Below, in pieces: positions 1 to 13,554 of a stretch of DNA of 64,000 nt. The first letter of the stretch is position 1. Every line of letters begins with the position of its first letter. The position numbers and the translations under genes were made by a program. This stretch comes from Lama guanicoe (Eukaryota), in the NCBI GenBank assembly GCA_013239625.1, contig MU054220.1:7041367-7105366 (forward strand), read 5' to 3'. Below the pieces are notes generated by a model. That model was given only the letters and a program-made list of their open reading frames with translations. It was not told where the DNA came from and ran no database searches.

Positions 1-1176
1 ATATCTAAATTGAGTTTTGAAAAATGAGTAGGAATTCTTAGTAGAAGAAGGGATATTCTAAGCAGAGAATGATGTATAAAAATAGGTGAGATCACAGAAG
101 CAGTGAAGAGAATGAACTTTTAAAGGAGCACAACTCAAGGCAGGAAGGCTATTAGAAGTCTCTATGTGATAACGGTGGAAAGTTACAAGGACCTGGGCTA
201 AAGTCATGCAGGAGGATGGGATCAGTGAAGTCGGGCTTGACAGAAATTAAGGATAAATCAGATAGGACCCAGTGACTATAAATGTAGTGCCTGAACCCAA
301 CAGAGGAGAAAGGGACCATTTATTTCCAGGTGACGTCCTCAGTTACATAGTGATTAAATAGTAGGACCAAGAATTCACCCAGGTCTGTCTGAGCCCTAAA
401 TATATGACGCTGTCTTCAGTTACATGATGCTCCTTTTTTGCTTATTTTTTAATAAAGAAGAAAGCTTCACAAGCCCTACAAACATTTAAAGTTATATTAT
501 ATTCCATCATATTCTTTTATAAAAAAAAATTAAGGAGAAGACTTCATAATACCACTGGGTAGCCGTAAGAGCATTCAAACGAGAGGAAGCTGAAAATGTG
601 AGTTAGGCAGCCATGGAAAGTTGGTGAGGTGAGGAGGGGCACATGGGCAGGCTGGTGGAAACATGGACGTAGATGGTATGTTCTAATTAAAGAGTCAAGA
701 CACACGAAGCAGGAAAGACAGAAAGCAAAAAGTCCAAAATGAATCCAAAGTACACAAGTCCAAGCTATAAATCAGAGAAATCCATTTAGGATGCAGATAT
801 TTAGAAACCCAAACAGGCAGGCAACATTAAGGAGATCCAGTTAGCAGAAAGAAAAAGATTTATTTACTGGGAGTCAGAGGGACAAGGGTAACAATTTCAA
901 CTCTGGAAAAAAATAAAATACTAGACAAGGTCCAAATCACTGTTGAATAAGAAAGAACCCGTTCTTGAAGAACTAGAACACCTCGGTCTAAGTAAAGCTC
1001 CTGGCAAGGTTAATTCACTGTTACTTTGTAAATAAGTTGCTGACAGAAAGACTCCTGTACTTCCCCCATGAGAACATGATCTGAGTAGGGGTCGAACATC
1101 TAGAGAGATTTAGTGGATTCTGCTATACAAGCTACAGAGTTACAAGGGCAAGGTGCCGGGAAGGTCATTGCGGATA

Positions 1177-1258
1177 TTTTTCTTTCTTTCTTTCCTTTCT
1201 TTCCCTTGTTTCCCTTCTTTCCTTTCTTTCCCTTCTTTCCCTTCTTTCCCTTCTTTCC

Positions 1259-1291
<33 letters not shown>

Positions 1292-1367
1292 TTTCATCCT
1301 TTCTTCCTTTCTACCTTTCCTTTCCTTTCCTTTCCTTTCCTTTCCTTTCCTTTCCTTTCTTTTCCTT
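1177..1367. repeat. Compound polypyrimidine microsatellite (CTTT)n/(CCCTTCTTT)n/(CCTTT)n
   Basis: About 190 bp of C/T with only three purines (1208, 1296, 1313). Explains the low-complexity ORFs at 1100-1391. Confidence 0.97.
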
Positions 1368-1547
1368 GTGACTTTCAGTGACTTAAGTTAAGCAAGAATT
1401 GGAATTGCATTTGCCAAGTGCTTACACACATGCAAATTCTGTTTGTCCTTTTCTAGTTAATGTATTTTCCCACCTCTGAGATTTTCTTACGGCTCCCTGG
1501 CAGTATGATGCAGCTAAAATTCTGTGTAGCCTTTGAAATATGAAAGA

Positions 1548-1740
1548 CTTCAGTTCAAGAGCCAGTTTAACATTTACTTGCTATGTGGGTATGGATAGCT
1601 ATTTAAAGTCTTGAAGTTCACTTTATTCACCCATAATATGGGTATTGATAGTAATATACACACCTTACAGTGTTACCTGAGATTACATAATTTGTGGGAA
1701 TATTTAGAAAATGCAAAGAACTAATAAAACCGATAGATAT
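1548..1740 (+). mobile_element. MIR SINE relic
   Basis: Degenerate MIR core: atttacttgctatgtgggtatggatagctatttaaa...cacccataatatgggtattgatagtaatatacacaccttacag. Confidence 0.65.
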
Positions 1741-2391
1741 CATATAATTTCAGAAGTAAATGAATGGTATTAAAATCTGTAATTTTCCCATGAATCAAGA
1801 TGAATTTGTTTTTTTCTTTAAAAAAAATTGAGCTTGGGGGCTCAATACAAATTTGAAATTAAATCAAACTAAAATTCTGTATAACTTAGTTTTTATGAAC
1901 AGAGTTAAAGATTAATTGACCATTCAGATATATTCTGGTCATATTTTAATGAGTTATCTTTCTAATTTTTTATTCTTAATGAAAATGCACATAGAGCAGG
2001 TAGTTTTTATAATCTATTTAACAATAGCTCCAAAATTCTGTGCAAGATAATAGCTTGCATTTTGCATGCCCTTTGGAATTTCTTTGCTCTGTAACTCTTC
2101 AAGTGTCAAGTTCTAGCTAATTTTTCTGTTAAAGATGCATCAAAGATGTCTTCATCTATCAGAAGATACTGCAATTAATGTTTAATAAGGTCTTAAACCT
2201 GCTGAAATTTGATCATTCTGTAGTACCTGGTGAAAGTTTGTAATCAAGAAGTGTGCCAGCTTTTAGCACCAAATTACACATGGAAGTCCACTTCATTCCA
2301 TGTATTGATGAATTAGAAAAAGAAGATACCTGATGTGTACCAAGTATCCTAAGGTTGACTCAACTCCATAGCTATTTCTTCATTTTCAGAG

Positions 2392-2630
2392 ATGGTGAGT
2401 CATGGTGGTTAAAAGTACAGGCAATGGAGTTAGACAGCTGTGGCCTTGGGATGGATTCTGCCACCACTGTGGTCATGGGCTCTTAAACTGCACAAGCCAC
2501 TGTTTTGCCACCCTTAAACAGGAAACTAGCAAAGTTTGAGGAAACCACCTCAATGAGTTGTTCATGTTGGTCAAGATAAGTGAGCACCAGCACAGAGAAA
2601 GCATTTAGGGGCTGTTAGTTGTTGTTGCTG
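2392..2630 (+). mobile_element. MIR SINE relic
   Basis: MIR-like head (catggtggttaaaagtacaggcaatggagttagacag) followed by degenerate core and tail. Confidence 0.6.
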
Positions 2631-2799
2631 TGGAAACGTAGAGCTCTTTAATTTTGCTTTAGAGCTTGCCTTCAGTTAGATCTCCATTTGGATATCTAGC
2701 CAGATTGTAGCACACAATCTGATTGGGATGCTGTAAATGTGAAACAAAGCATGGAACTGGCTGATGGCATCCACATGTGGGAATAGATGTTGTAGATGT

Positions 2800-3291
2800 T
2801 GTATTAGTTTCTCGTGGCTGCTACAACAAATTACCACAAACTTCATGACTTAAAACAGCGGAAATTCATTCTCTCACTGTTCTAGAGACCAGAAACCCGT
2901 TGTGAGTTTCTCTGGACTGAAATCCCAGTGTTGGTCAGGCTGGTCCCCCCAGGAAGCTCTACCAGAGAGCCCATTTCCTGCTTCTTCCTGTTTCCGGTGG
3001 CTGCCAGAGTTCCTTGCCTTGTGAGGCATCCCTCCAGTGTCCGTCTTCATGGTCACATTGCCTTCTCCTCTTCTCCAATCACTGTCTAAGTCCCCCTTTT
3101 ATAAGAGGGCTTATGAATACATATGATTTCATTAAGAGCTTACCTGGATGATTCAGGATAATCTCCCCATTTCAAGATCCTTAATTTAATTTCATCTGCA
3201 AAGTCTTTTTTCTGCCATCTAAGGTCACATTCATAGATTTCATGGGTCATGACATGGATATCATTTAAGGACCATTAATTACTCTATAGCA
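2800..3291 (-). mobile_element. MaLR solo LTR (MLT1 family, MLT1C/D-like)
   Basis: Begins tgtattagtttctcgtggctgctacaacaaattaccacaaactt...aaattcattctctcactgttctagagaccagaa, the typical reverse-complement MLT1 end. Contains caggataatctccccatttcaagatccttaatttaat and ends in CA. Confidence 0.9.
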
Positions 3292-3355
3292 GATAGCCAT
3301 GAAAATTTTCATGTACTCACAACTGGAATCTGGACAGGAAAATTTTTATAGATGC

Positions 3356-3790
3356 TGTATTTGTTAGGATTAGGTTAAACTGAAAATAATGGAGGCCTTA
3401 AAATTACAGTGGTATAAACACAAAAGCTTTATTTTCCTCTCATTAAAATAAGTCTAAGAGTAGAACATTCACACACGTATAAGGACCAGGCACCCTCCAT
3501 CTTCTTACTCCACCATCCTTGGCACGTCAGCTCAGGAGTCAGCATAGTAGCTAAACCTTCCTTCAGTCATTGAGTTCATGTTCCAGTTGGCACAGAACAA
3601 GAAAGGAAGGATTTACAGGGCTTTCTGGGGCGCTCTACCAAGTAACTTTGCCTACCCTGACTGGATTCTCCAATTTGCAAAGGAAGTTTTCAGAAGGGCT
3701 CAATTTCCAGTTTCTTAATACCAAAATGATGAGGAGAATGAACATTGATGAGTCAGATAACCAATGCCAAATTAGCTAGATAGCTGTTCT
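3356..3790 (-). mobile_element. Older MaLR LTR (MLT1J/K-like)
   Basis: tgtatttgttaggattaggttaaactgaaaataa...cagtggtataaacacaaaag...ttttcctctcattaaaataagtctaagagtag resembles old MLT1 termini. Confidence 0.6.
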
Positions 3791-3899
3791 GATTTAAACA
3801 TCAACCAGAGAAGACTTACTTTCTCCTCAAGAGCTATTTACATTAGCGACAACCATAATAAAATTTTCATTTTTACTTTATTGTATTAGAAGGATAGTG

Positions 3900-5760
3900 A
3901 TAATTATCTGTATATTTAAAAATCAACTGTATTAAAAATTAGCATTTAGCCATATTTGTTTTACCACTCTGTTCATCTGTCCATCATTTTATTTATCTAT
4001 CTTATCTATCTAATCTTTTCAACCAGTTGAGAGATTGAATGTAAGCTGTGCAAGTCATGATAATTTACTCAATACTTCAGTTTCTTCTAAAAATAAGAAT
4101 CACTGCAATATCATCACATCTAAAAAACTAACAATGATTTTCCAATATTAGCTAGTGTAGTATTAATGCTTAAATGCCTTCCTTTGTCTCAAAAAAAAAT
4201 TCAACACAGTATTTTTTTTAAAACCAGAGTTAAAGTTTATGCATCATATCAATTAGAACTTTTAGTATTTTTAATCTGTAATTCCTCATTTTCCCCTCAA
4301 TGTTGACTATTTGAAAAAATTGGCCAGTTCTCCTATAAAACATTTTACATTCTGGCTTTGTCAGATTGTTCCTTGTGGAGTGTATTAATTTTTTTTCCTA
4401 TCTCCTTTATATTGTAAACTGTAAGTTAGGCCTAAAGACTTGATTTTTGCCTTTGGCAAAACAATGCTGTATATTTTATTTTGCATCATATCAGGAGGCA
4501 CATATTGTCAGGTTGTGTCACTGTTGGTGATTCAAAGTCTGGCAACTCTGTACATTTGATAGATCCTTTCTTTGAGAAGGTTGGTTTCTCTCTTGGCTAT
4601 TAGCAAATAACCTGAAGGATGTCTTTGGCACCATGAGACTCATGAGACTGATGGTTTTAGCATCCATTGCTCTCTGAAAGTATGAGTTCTCTAGGGGCTT
4701 CAAAGTCATGTTTTTTTCTATCATATTCATTCCAGACATTCACAGGTATTCTGAGAAAAGACCTTGCCACCACAACTGGGGATGAACATGTAATCTTTCA
4801 ATTGACTAATTCTTTTCTTTCAATGGATATGTTAGAAACCTGATACACAGTTAGAATGAATTAACCAGTTAGTTTCCAAGTCTCAGTCTTGCACCTTTTA
4901 AAGTTATTTTACTTTTCAGGTATATAAAGCATTTAAATAACTCAGGAATGCAAACTCAGGAAAGGTTTGCTTTTATTATTCCACCTCAGTTTCCACCATC
5001 CTAAATCCTACAACTAATAACTATCAGTTTCTTGTTTATGCTTCCTGCCATCTTTCTTGCCTAATATATCCTTGTTTCCACTCCTTTCTCATATTGAAAA
5101 ATGACTACCAAGTATATTGATCTTCATTATGACTTCCTTGTCTTGAAGATCACTCCAAAATAAGATACAGAAAACTCCCTTGATTCATTTGCTTATTTGT
5201 GTGTTTAATTTTAAGGATGCTGTAATATTCCATTGTTTTTATGTATTGTTTTTATCTAGGTTGTTTAAAATGCTTTTCTTTTACAATTAATGCTACAGTG
5301 AATAACTTTGTGCATATTTTATTTTATACTTCCGAAGAAGTAGATAGATTCCTAGAGATGAGATTATTGAATCAGAGAACAAAAATATTTTTTAGGAGAT
5401 ACTAGAAAATTTTCATACATTGGACTTGTACATTTTGTACTCAAACCAGAAGTATATGAGAGTATCTTTTCCTTTCCAGCCTTTCCAATAGAGAATATTA
5501 CCAGACTTAATTTTTTGCCAAATTGATGAGTGTAGCATATTATTTCAGTACTGCTTTAGTTTACGTATTATTAATTTTGAGTTAATAAGTTTAACACCTT
5601 TTATACATTTTAGAACCATTTGCTTCTCTTTTACAATGAATTGTGTTTTCTTTATTTCTGGAGGGTTTTTTTTTAGATTATTGTTTTTAACATTATTTTT
5701 GTCTAAGTGTTTTTTATTATTCTCTTCAAAGAATCATATAACATGTATATTGGATATTCA
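3900..5760 (-). mobile_element. Ancient L1 (L1MC/L1ME-type) 3' fragments
   Basis: T-rich antisense L1 signatures: catatcaggaggcacatattgtcaggttgt; aatattccattg; tctaggttgtttaaaatgc...aatgctacagtgaataactttgtgcata; tagattcctagagatgagattattgaatcagag. Confidence 0.7.
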
Positions 5761-8169
5761 TTGCCTGTCTTCTATATTAAATTACATCAAAGGTAATTTT
5801 GACCTATTTTTACTTTAATTTAATATATTTGGGGTTCCTCTAATTTCCCCTAACTCCTGTCTTCTTCAATGTCCCATTTGGTAGAATATGCTCTTTCTTG
5901 CTTTCCTTTGAAGTCGTTTTTTATTTTAAACATCATTTGGCCTTTTTATTCTTTCTTTTTGCTATCAGTCAACAAGTATTTCAATCTTCCTTATTTTTGC
6001 CCACTTTTATTCAGAGTGCTTGCATTTCCAATGTGTGTTTTTTCTTCCATGCCTACAATTACTTGTTTTAATTATTTAATTCATGGTGGCTGTGCTTTAT
6101 TTTGTATTCTACATTGTGGGTCACATTAGCTTACGTCTTTGCAGCAAGACGTGGGAGTGTTCCTATTTTTCAGCCCATTACCATGTTTCCTTACCATGGA
6201 AGAGTTCTCCCTCTCTCTCTCTCTTTTTTTCCTAATACAAGATGTTTTGAGCCTTGAGGAATTCTTTTTCCTTTTCATCCTCTCCTTGATCTCATCACTA
6301 CAGGAGAGTTTTCTTCTCCCTCCAGCTCTGCCCGCATCTCCAATAAGCTGCTGCCGTGCATGAGGTAATGCCCAGGGCTCCTCGGGGGCTTCTTCCTCAG
6401 CTTTCACACCTAAACCCGGCCACAGATCATTGCTGGAGCACAGAAAGGTCTGGCACAACTGTGAGAGATTTCCCTGTGCTCAGCCGTGGGTATTCTGTGA
6501 GTGTGTCATCCCCCGAGGACCCCGGGAAAAGATGTTCAGGTGAATGGAGACTTACACCAGGAATGTGGGAATTGTAAGACATCATGCCAACCTAATGGAG
6601 ACAGTGGAAATTTGTTAAAAGCTTGGCTTTTTTCTCTTTACCCCTATTCATGGTACATTCACTCATTTGGGTTTTTTTCTTTTTGCCATTTTATTAAGAA
6701 TGAAGCCAGATATGGAGTTTTTCTCACCTAGGTAGGTATTGTCTCTTTCTGGAATTTAGTTTACTTAGGTTTTTTGTACCCTCAGCTATTCTGATAGGTT
6801 ATCGGAAGCTGTGATTCATTTTTTTTTCCCCTCTGATGGTTAGGGTAGAAGAAACGGTCCCATTCAACTTTCTATGCCCTATCTGAAAACTCGTTATAAT
6901 TTGTTTTAAAGGATTAAATTTGCCTCTTACTATGATAGAAAGTTAATCTGAAAGTACTAAATGCTATCTGTTGTTTTGGCTTTACCATTGGCCCAAGATT
7001 CTTTGGCCAACCTGCTTGGGTAGCAGATGTCCTTCTTTTGCTGTCACTGATCCGTGTGAAAATTCCTGGATCCACCTTGCCGGTTTTAGATGATGGGCTT
7101 TTCAGCCATAGAACACCATTCTTGAGTTAAAAATTCTGTACAATTATCGTCAATCTAACAAGTGACATTGACTTTTCTAACGAACCAAGTGTTCAACAGC
7201 ACAAGTAAGAGAGCTTATATCATTGTTCTTTTGGTAGTAATTCTGCATTTGTTTTGGTGCTTCCTAATTTATAAATACTTTCATGTACATGATTTCATTA
7301 TATTTTCACTACATTTCTATAAAGTAGAAAATATTATTCCCACGGGTGAAGGTGAGGAAATTGGCGTTTGCTAAGTCAGTCAGACAGCCACTTAACTACC
7401 TCTTTTAAGCATCTGACTTTAAAGGTTTCATATTTTTTTCCTGTTTTGGGCTCTAATATAGGAATATCTTAGCTTTATATTATCCAATATCCAATATCTT
7501 ACTTAGCTTTTCAAAACAGGCAATGCAGAAAAAGCCTCAATAAACAAAGAAACAAAAATGTACCAAAAAATAAAGGAATATAACAAAAAGAAGCAAGCTT
7601 ATTAAAAATGTATAACATTTCTGCATCATTTATCACACAAGATATTATCCTAAACATGAGAGTATTAAATGAATCAGTATTATATGAGGTACTTAAATAT
7701 TAATCCTTATAAAAGATATATTACTTATGCACAACAGAAATTTAGAGGACTTTACCAGCTAGCCTCTTTCTAGCATTTATTATAATTGTCCTTGTGGTGC
7801 AAGTATAGCCTTTTCTAAGATTAGAGCAAGACCATCACCCATCTGACCTTCAGTAGTGTCTGGAGGTAATAAAATTATATTTTAATATTTAGTATGTACT
7901 TGAAACATTAAAATAACGTTTTGTATGCTTATTCTTTGGAAAGTCATCAAAATATTTGTCGATTTTCATGACCATTGGCCAGAAAACGAGGTATTAATGA
8001 CAGAAAGACGACTGTGTTGTAAACCAGGGAACCTTTTGTTGAATGCCACTGAAAGAGCAGTTAGGCATGACGGCTCAGAGTGTACAAGAGTTCACTCCAC
8101 TGCCCTCACTGATGGTTACTAGGAAGAAAAAAATCACTCTTTCACATGCTGCTAAGTGAGGTGTACTTG

Positions 8170-8370
8170 CAGTTAGCATCTATTGAGTGACTTCTGTGTG
8201 CTGGGCATATTGAAAACACTATTTCATTTATTCCTAGTGTTTATTTCCTAGATGAGAAAACTGAGGCTCAAAGTAGATTTTTAAAAAGAGCAAAAACTTG
8301 CACGCTGTTCCATAGCTGGTAAGCGATGATTAGGATTTTAATCAGATGCATTTGACGTGGGAGTCCCCAT
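8170..8370 (-). mobile_element. MIR SINE relic
   Basis: tattgagtgacttctgtgtgctgggc...tagatgagaaaactgaggctcaaag is the reverse-complement MIR core. Confidence 0.8.
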
Positions 8371-8870
8371 GGTTTTCCCCCTAGATTAGGCAAACTCAGA
8401 CATAAACAGTTTTAAAGAAAGCTTTCTATCTCTGTGTTACCGAGGGTGCTTTTCTGCATGGTCCTTGAGTTGGCTTTAAGCCTGTCCTTGCTTTTGACTT
8501 AATTGCTTTTTAGCTATAGGATTAACTCTCTTCAAGGAAAAACAATTTAAACAGAACAAGTGTTTGTTTCTATTCAGACTCATACATCCAGGAGAGCAAA
8601 GGAATAATAGAGGTCATCTTTTAAAATGCTTTTGTGACACAGATGCAGAAAATAAGGCTTCCCAAGATCACAATTAGGAAAGAAGCAGACCTGGAACCAG
8701 AACTCTAATATCACAAATCTATATTCTTCCCAGTAAAAGAAACTACATGGTTACCTTTTATGTCAATCTCTTCATTTTTTTCCCATAGAAATCTTGCCAG
8801 AAAATAAACTTTGAATTTTCTTTCTTGCAGAAGGAAATAATAAACCAGCATCAATTACGTATGAACACAC

Positions 8871-9398
8871 TACTGGGGAGGTGGAAATTTCCCTCCTACC
8901 ACCCTTGTATTCTTTTGACTGGTCTAATAAATAAATTGACACAAGACAGATTAACCAGAATAAAAAGCAATTTAATTTATATACATGAGATTCTTATAGA
9001 AATAGGAGCCTTGAAGCAACCAAGGAAGGCTGTTTTATATCACTTTTAGATAAACAATGTTTGTGAAGATTTAACAAAATGAAGGGGCTTGTGCTTGGGG
9101 CAGCCGACTAATAAAGAGGTAACAAAGTTTATTCATACAGCGTTCTTAGCCTTGAGCTCCCTAAATCTGTGATAAGGATGCTTTCTATCCTGCTGGTATA
9201 GAGAGGCTACCTTCACAAGGGAGATATTATATTTCTCACTTTCAGGGGGAAAGCGGAGAATCCGAGTTTTGTTTTGTTTTGTCTTATCTTTTGATACCTT
9301 TTTTTTTTCTGCACCAGCTGTGTCTCAAGTAATTTCATTTAAAGTAGTCAATATGCCATTGAAGCATCTTTTAGGGTAGCCTGCCCTGGACCCAAACA
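8871..9398 (-). repeat. ERV 3' LTR
   Basis: Homologous to 13575-14093. On the minus strand it has a TATA-like ATATAAAA (9033-9040) and a poly(A) signal ATTAAA (8971-8976), and is preceded by the PPT. Confidence 0.92.
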
Positions 9399-9410
9399 GT
9401 TCCCTCCTCT
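9399..9410 (-). other. Polypurine tract of ERV
   Basis: Minus-strand AGAGGAGGGAAC directly abuts the TG start of the 3' LTR. Confidence 0.85.
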
Positions 9411-11997
9411 GAAACTTCCTTTGCAAGTTTCACATATTACAAGTTGAGCTGCTATTCTGTTCCATCTTGTTGAATCAGTCCATTCATCTTGACAATAGGT
9501 TAGTCCAGTTGAACTCATTTCAGGAATTGATGGTAAAGGTGGATTCCCAAAGTTAAGTCTATCATGCAGGCAATCAGGTATTTAATAAGAGTCATTTCTA
9601 TGGAGACAAAAGAAAAAACAATGGTTAATAATTGGAGGAAATTATCCATCAGTTTCTGAGTTTTGAGGGTAGCTAGTTGAGAAGAATTCTACATGCCAGG
9701 GTTGAAGCTTCTTTTGTAGTTTGAATGTCTCTAATGATGTCATCAGGTGTTCAGGTAAATTTTCAGAGTGGTCCATAGAGCAATAGGCATGAAGAAACTT
9801 GTCTAAACATGAGCTATTGTGGTCATTTTTCCAACGTTTATATTAAGGCATGTAGCTTCCGTTTGTTGAACTTCAGGAAAAAGGGCCATTTTCATTCTCA
9901 GTGAGTCCAAGACAAAGAGTGGGAGAAAACTGGAAATGTTATTTCAGAGAGTTATAGCCAGATATTTAAGAAAACTAGAAAAATTCAAGGTACAGCCTAG
10001 TTTTCAGGTAAATAGCAAAGCCTCAAGGAAAATTAACAGCACTAGGATCTAATATCCACAAGTGTGTGTTACAGTTTTTACTGCACCTTAATTTTTTTCC
10101 CCAAAACCCCCTCATTTTACCAAAGATAATCAAATTAAGACTCACCTGTTTACAAAGTAAGTCTAGCTAGATTCAATAAATTCAGCCTCATTATTTGCAT
10201 AAGCACGGCATAATAACAATTAACCATATAGGCTTTTTTATATCTGCTTTGCTAGAACTTTCTATAGTCTACCGATTGAACTTTTAATAGCTTCTTGAAG
10301 CCGAAGAAACCAAGCCAAACATTTGCCATCAGACTTCTTTGCAATACCCATAGTTTTGTGTGAATTCCTCTCTTTTTGAGGTCCCCAAAATACTCTGGCT
10401 TCCTGGCCCTTTCAGGAAGGGACCTTCCTTACTCACCCGGTTAGGCTGCTGGGAACCCATAAGGCTATTTGTCCAAGGGGCTATTTGTTCATAAAGTCAA
10501 CCTTAGTTTCTTAAAGCTGTCTGGTCATATGTAAGACTATGTATGTATTTCTCAAATATGACAACCCAGTCAAAACTTTGTTCATATAATCAACATTTAA
10601 ATTGTGTTCTGTTATGAAGAGAACAGCTTCTTACTGAACGTCTGCAAATAACTGTATTGCCAAGAGCATAAGAGTATTCACTGAGACTTTCTGAATTCCA
10701 GAGGGATCAGATAAGGAGAAAAAGATAAATTTTCAATTCTACTTACAAAAGTATAATTTACCAAATTGCTTTAAGTCATAGTTAGTTTAAGAGAAAAGAG
10801 AAAAAGTTTTCCTTAAATCTGGAGAAACAAACCATTTGAAAAATCAATAATTTTTAAATTGAAAAAATCATAAAAAATACAGTTGTCTTCCTCAGTTCAT
10901 TTAGTCCCATATAATTAATTCTTGTTTTGCTTGATCTTTTGTTAGTTTTATGAAGCCATCAGTTTCTCCATCAGGGTTTTATAAATTCTTACCCAGTTCA
11001 GAGGTATGATTTGAAAACCATCAGAAACTTGTTTTCTAGAGTACTTGTTAGATACCTTTCCATGACTTTTGCTGAAGATAAAACACATTTGCAAGAAGAC
11101 TGTGTAAAAGCATCTAAGTAAAACCATAACTGTCTGTGAATGATAAAAGATTTTAAAAGGTCCATTATCAAAGATCTGATTTACTATAATGCAATTGACA
11201 AGGAAATATGGTTGTCTCTGTAACATACAACATTTTAAGAGAATAACTGAAATTATAGCTGATAACATTATATTAAGATATATCAAAATTTTAGAAATTT
11301 CATATAATTTGTAGAACATTTACATTAATGGCATTTACTTATACAATATAATCTAAGAAGTTTTATTATTACTCATTTAACAAGACTTGCCATATAATAA
11401 CATACCAAATAAGGCTAATCTGTTTACTCTCGCCCTTTCATAGGGTAAGAAAACAAATCTTTTGAGGTGTTCCAGAAGCCCTTTGGAGAACCCCAAAGTT
11501 ATTTGTAGATCAATAAGACTTTATGTAGAAGTTGACTTTTGGGAAATTTATCCAAAATATTGGAAAGATTTTAAAACATTCGGTCAAATAGGCTCATAGG
11601 TCACTGTGGAACAGTACTGAGTTATCCACTTAATCAAAGTGACAAAGACTTCACGGGAAAATAAAGGAAGTTAAATAGTTGTAAAAGTCTTTTAATATTG
11701 GAAGGACCCAGTTTTCTTTTATGCTAGATAATCAAAGACATGATAAAGACCAAATACAGATTCTTTGTTTTTCTAGAGAGATTACATTCAAGGCAAAGAA
11801 AACCTTTGTTTACAATTTCTTATTAAAAGCAGGCCAGTAATCTAAGAAAACTTTGTTCCTTTAACAGAGAGAAAAACCAAACATTAATTTTGCACCAGCT
11901 TACTTTGGATATTAAAACTCATTTACTTAATTAAATGTATTCTAATCTTTGTCGGTCCTAACCATATATAAAATTCCTTTTCAAATATTCCTCTTTT

Positions 11998-12063
11998 TTC
12001 TCAAGTAGGAGACAATTTTGCGCCGATATCCTGATCTTTTGTAACATCTACAAGCATTTTGAA
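11998..12063 (-). pseudogene. gag: Decayed retroviral gag nucleocapsid zinc knuckle
   Basis: Minus strand reads QNACRCYKRSGYRRK(frameshift)CLLL. This fits CX2CX4HX4C if TAC was TGC, TAT was CAT and one base was lost. Confidence 0.55.
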
Positions 12064-13554
12064 AGGAATGGGTGAGTCTGGGGATCGATAAACGTAGATG
12101 GGCCTTGTCTTGTTTCTAGAGTTGCATTTCTGGTTTTGTCGGGATTTGCAAGACAAAGATAGTTGTTTCTATTAGCTCTTGAATATTGACATCCAGCTCA
12201 TCTATTTTTTGATTTTTTGTGGCTGAATCTGGGGAACTGCTGAGGAGATGGGTGATTTTTTTTTTCCTTAAGAAAGGGAATTTATGTCGAGTCTTTAAGT
12301 CTAATTTCTGTTCTTCTTCCTCTTATTATTATTATTAAGATGTTTTTAATAAGGGATTAATTCTTTCATATTAATAAGGATTCTCTAAGGCTAGTCATTA
12401 TACTGTGCGTGTGTGTATTCCTTTCAATTTGATCCTTCCCTAAGTACCAGTATGACAGCTGTTTATGATGAGAGCTTTTAAAATAATTCCTTTCAAATAT
12501 AGCCATTTTTAAAGCTCCATCATCTGGTTATTGACAAGTAGGATGTTATATTAATTTCAAATAGATACTCAAGTCAGTAAGCCTTTTATATAGTGTAATC
12601 AAAGATACAAGTGGCATCTCCCAAGAGAGTACGTGGCCCTCACAAGATCCAGAGAGGTCACTCCCAGAGTTAGTCTAAGAAAGAAAGAGTCCTTTCCTGG
12701 TACAGGTGGTAAGAATGGTATAAAAATGGTGTCTCCAGGTTCCTACGAGAATGTGTGACACTTCTAGTTATAGACCCATTAACATGTGACACCGAGCAGG
12801 CACTACTGGGATGACACTTTTCTAGCACTAACAAGTAACAGAGGTTGAGATGACAAAGGTCCCTTATGGACTGGGACCCCTTATGACAAACTTCCCTATG
12901 AGCTGGCCTGGCCGGACAAAGAGACTGCTGCTTGACTCCTTGTCTGGGATCCTGAGTCTATTCAGCTGGTCACCATGTGCACCCCAGTAAGTGCAGCTTT
13001 CAGATGCTGGAGATCGGGGAGGATGTGCTCACTGGTCACAAGCCTAAGCTCTCAGGAAATAGAACAAGACAGAAGGGAAAACTGTATCCTGTTTTTACAT
13101 AGAAGACCCATAGCAAGGCTTGTCTAAACAGACTCTGGTCTGCTGAGCCACGAGCTCACCAGTCTGCGAAGCCAGGTCAGACAGCAGGCTGATGAAGGGT
13201 CTAAAACTGCCGTTCTTTTCTACGGTTCTTCCTCCTTATGACAAAGGACTCAGAGACAAAGAAAAAGAGTGACCATCTCGGAGAAGAAAGGATCAATAAA
13301 ACTTATACACATTTACCCAACACCAGAGTCACTATGATCTACAGAACTCATTCCACGAATATTTTTCTTGTGCTAGTCTAAGTTTAGAAAGAGAGAAAAA
13401 GGATGCTCCCCACCTTTTCCTTTCCATCTGATCCTGCAGGCAGAGGTCCAGGAGGCCGCTTTGCTAAGAACTCTTACCTCCTGCCAGCCTTTATCAGGGG
13501 TCCCAGGAGCCTCCAGCTGCATTCAGGAGAGTGGGATAGTGGGGTCCAGCCAGT

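Noticed and set aside
1100..1391. Lys/Gly-rich and Phe/Pro-rich ORFs
   Set aside because: Translations of the pyrimidine microsatellite.
6126..6890. Cluster of overlapping ORFs with slightly higher GC
   Set aside because: No recognisable protein or splice structure. It resembles an old antisense L1/HAL1 5' region but could not be assigned confidently.
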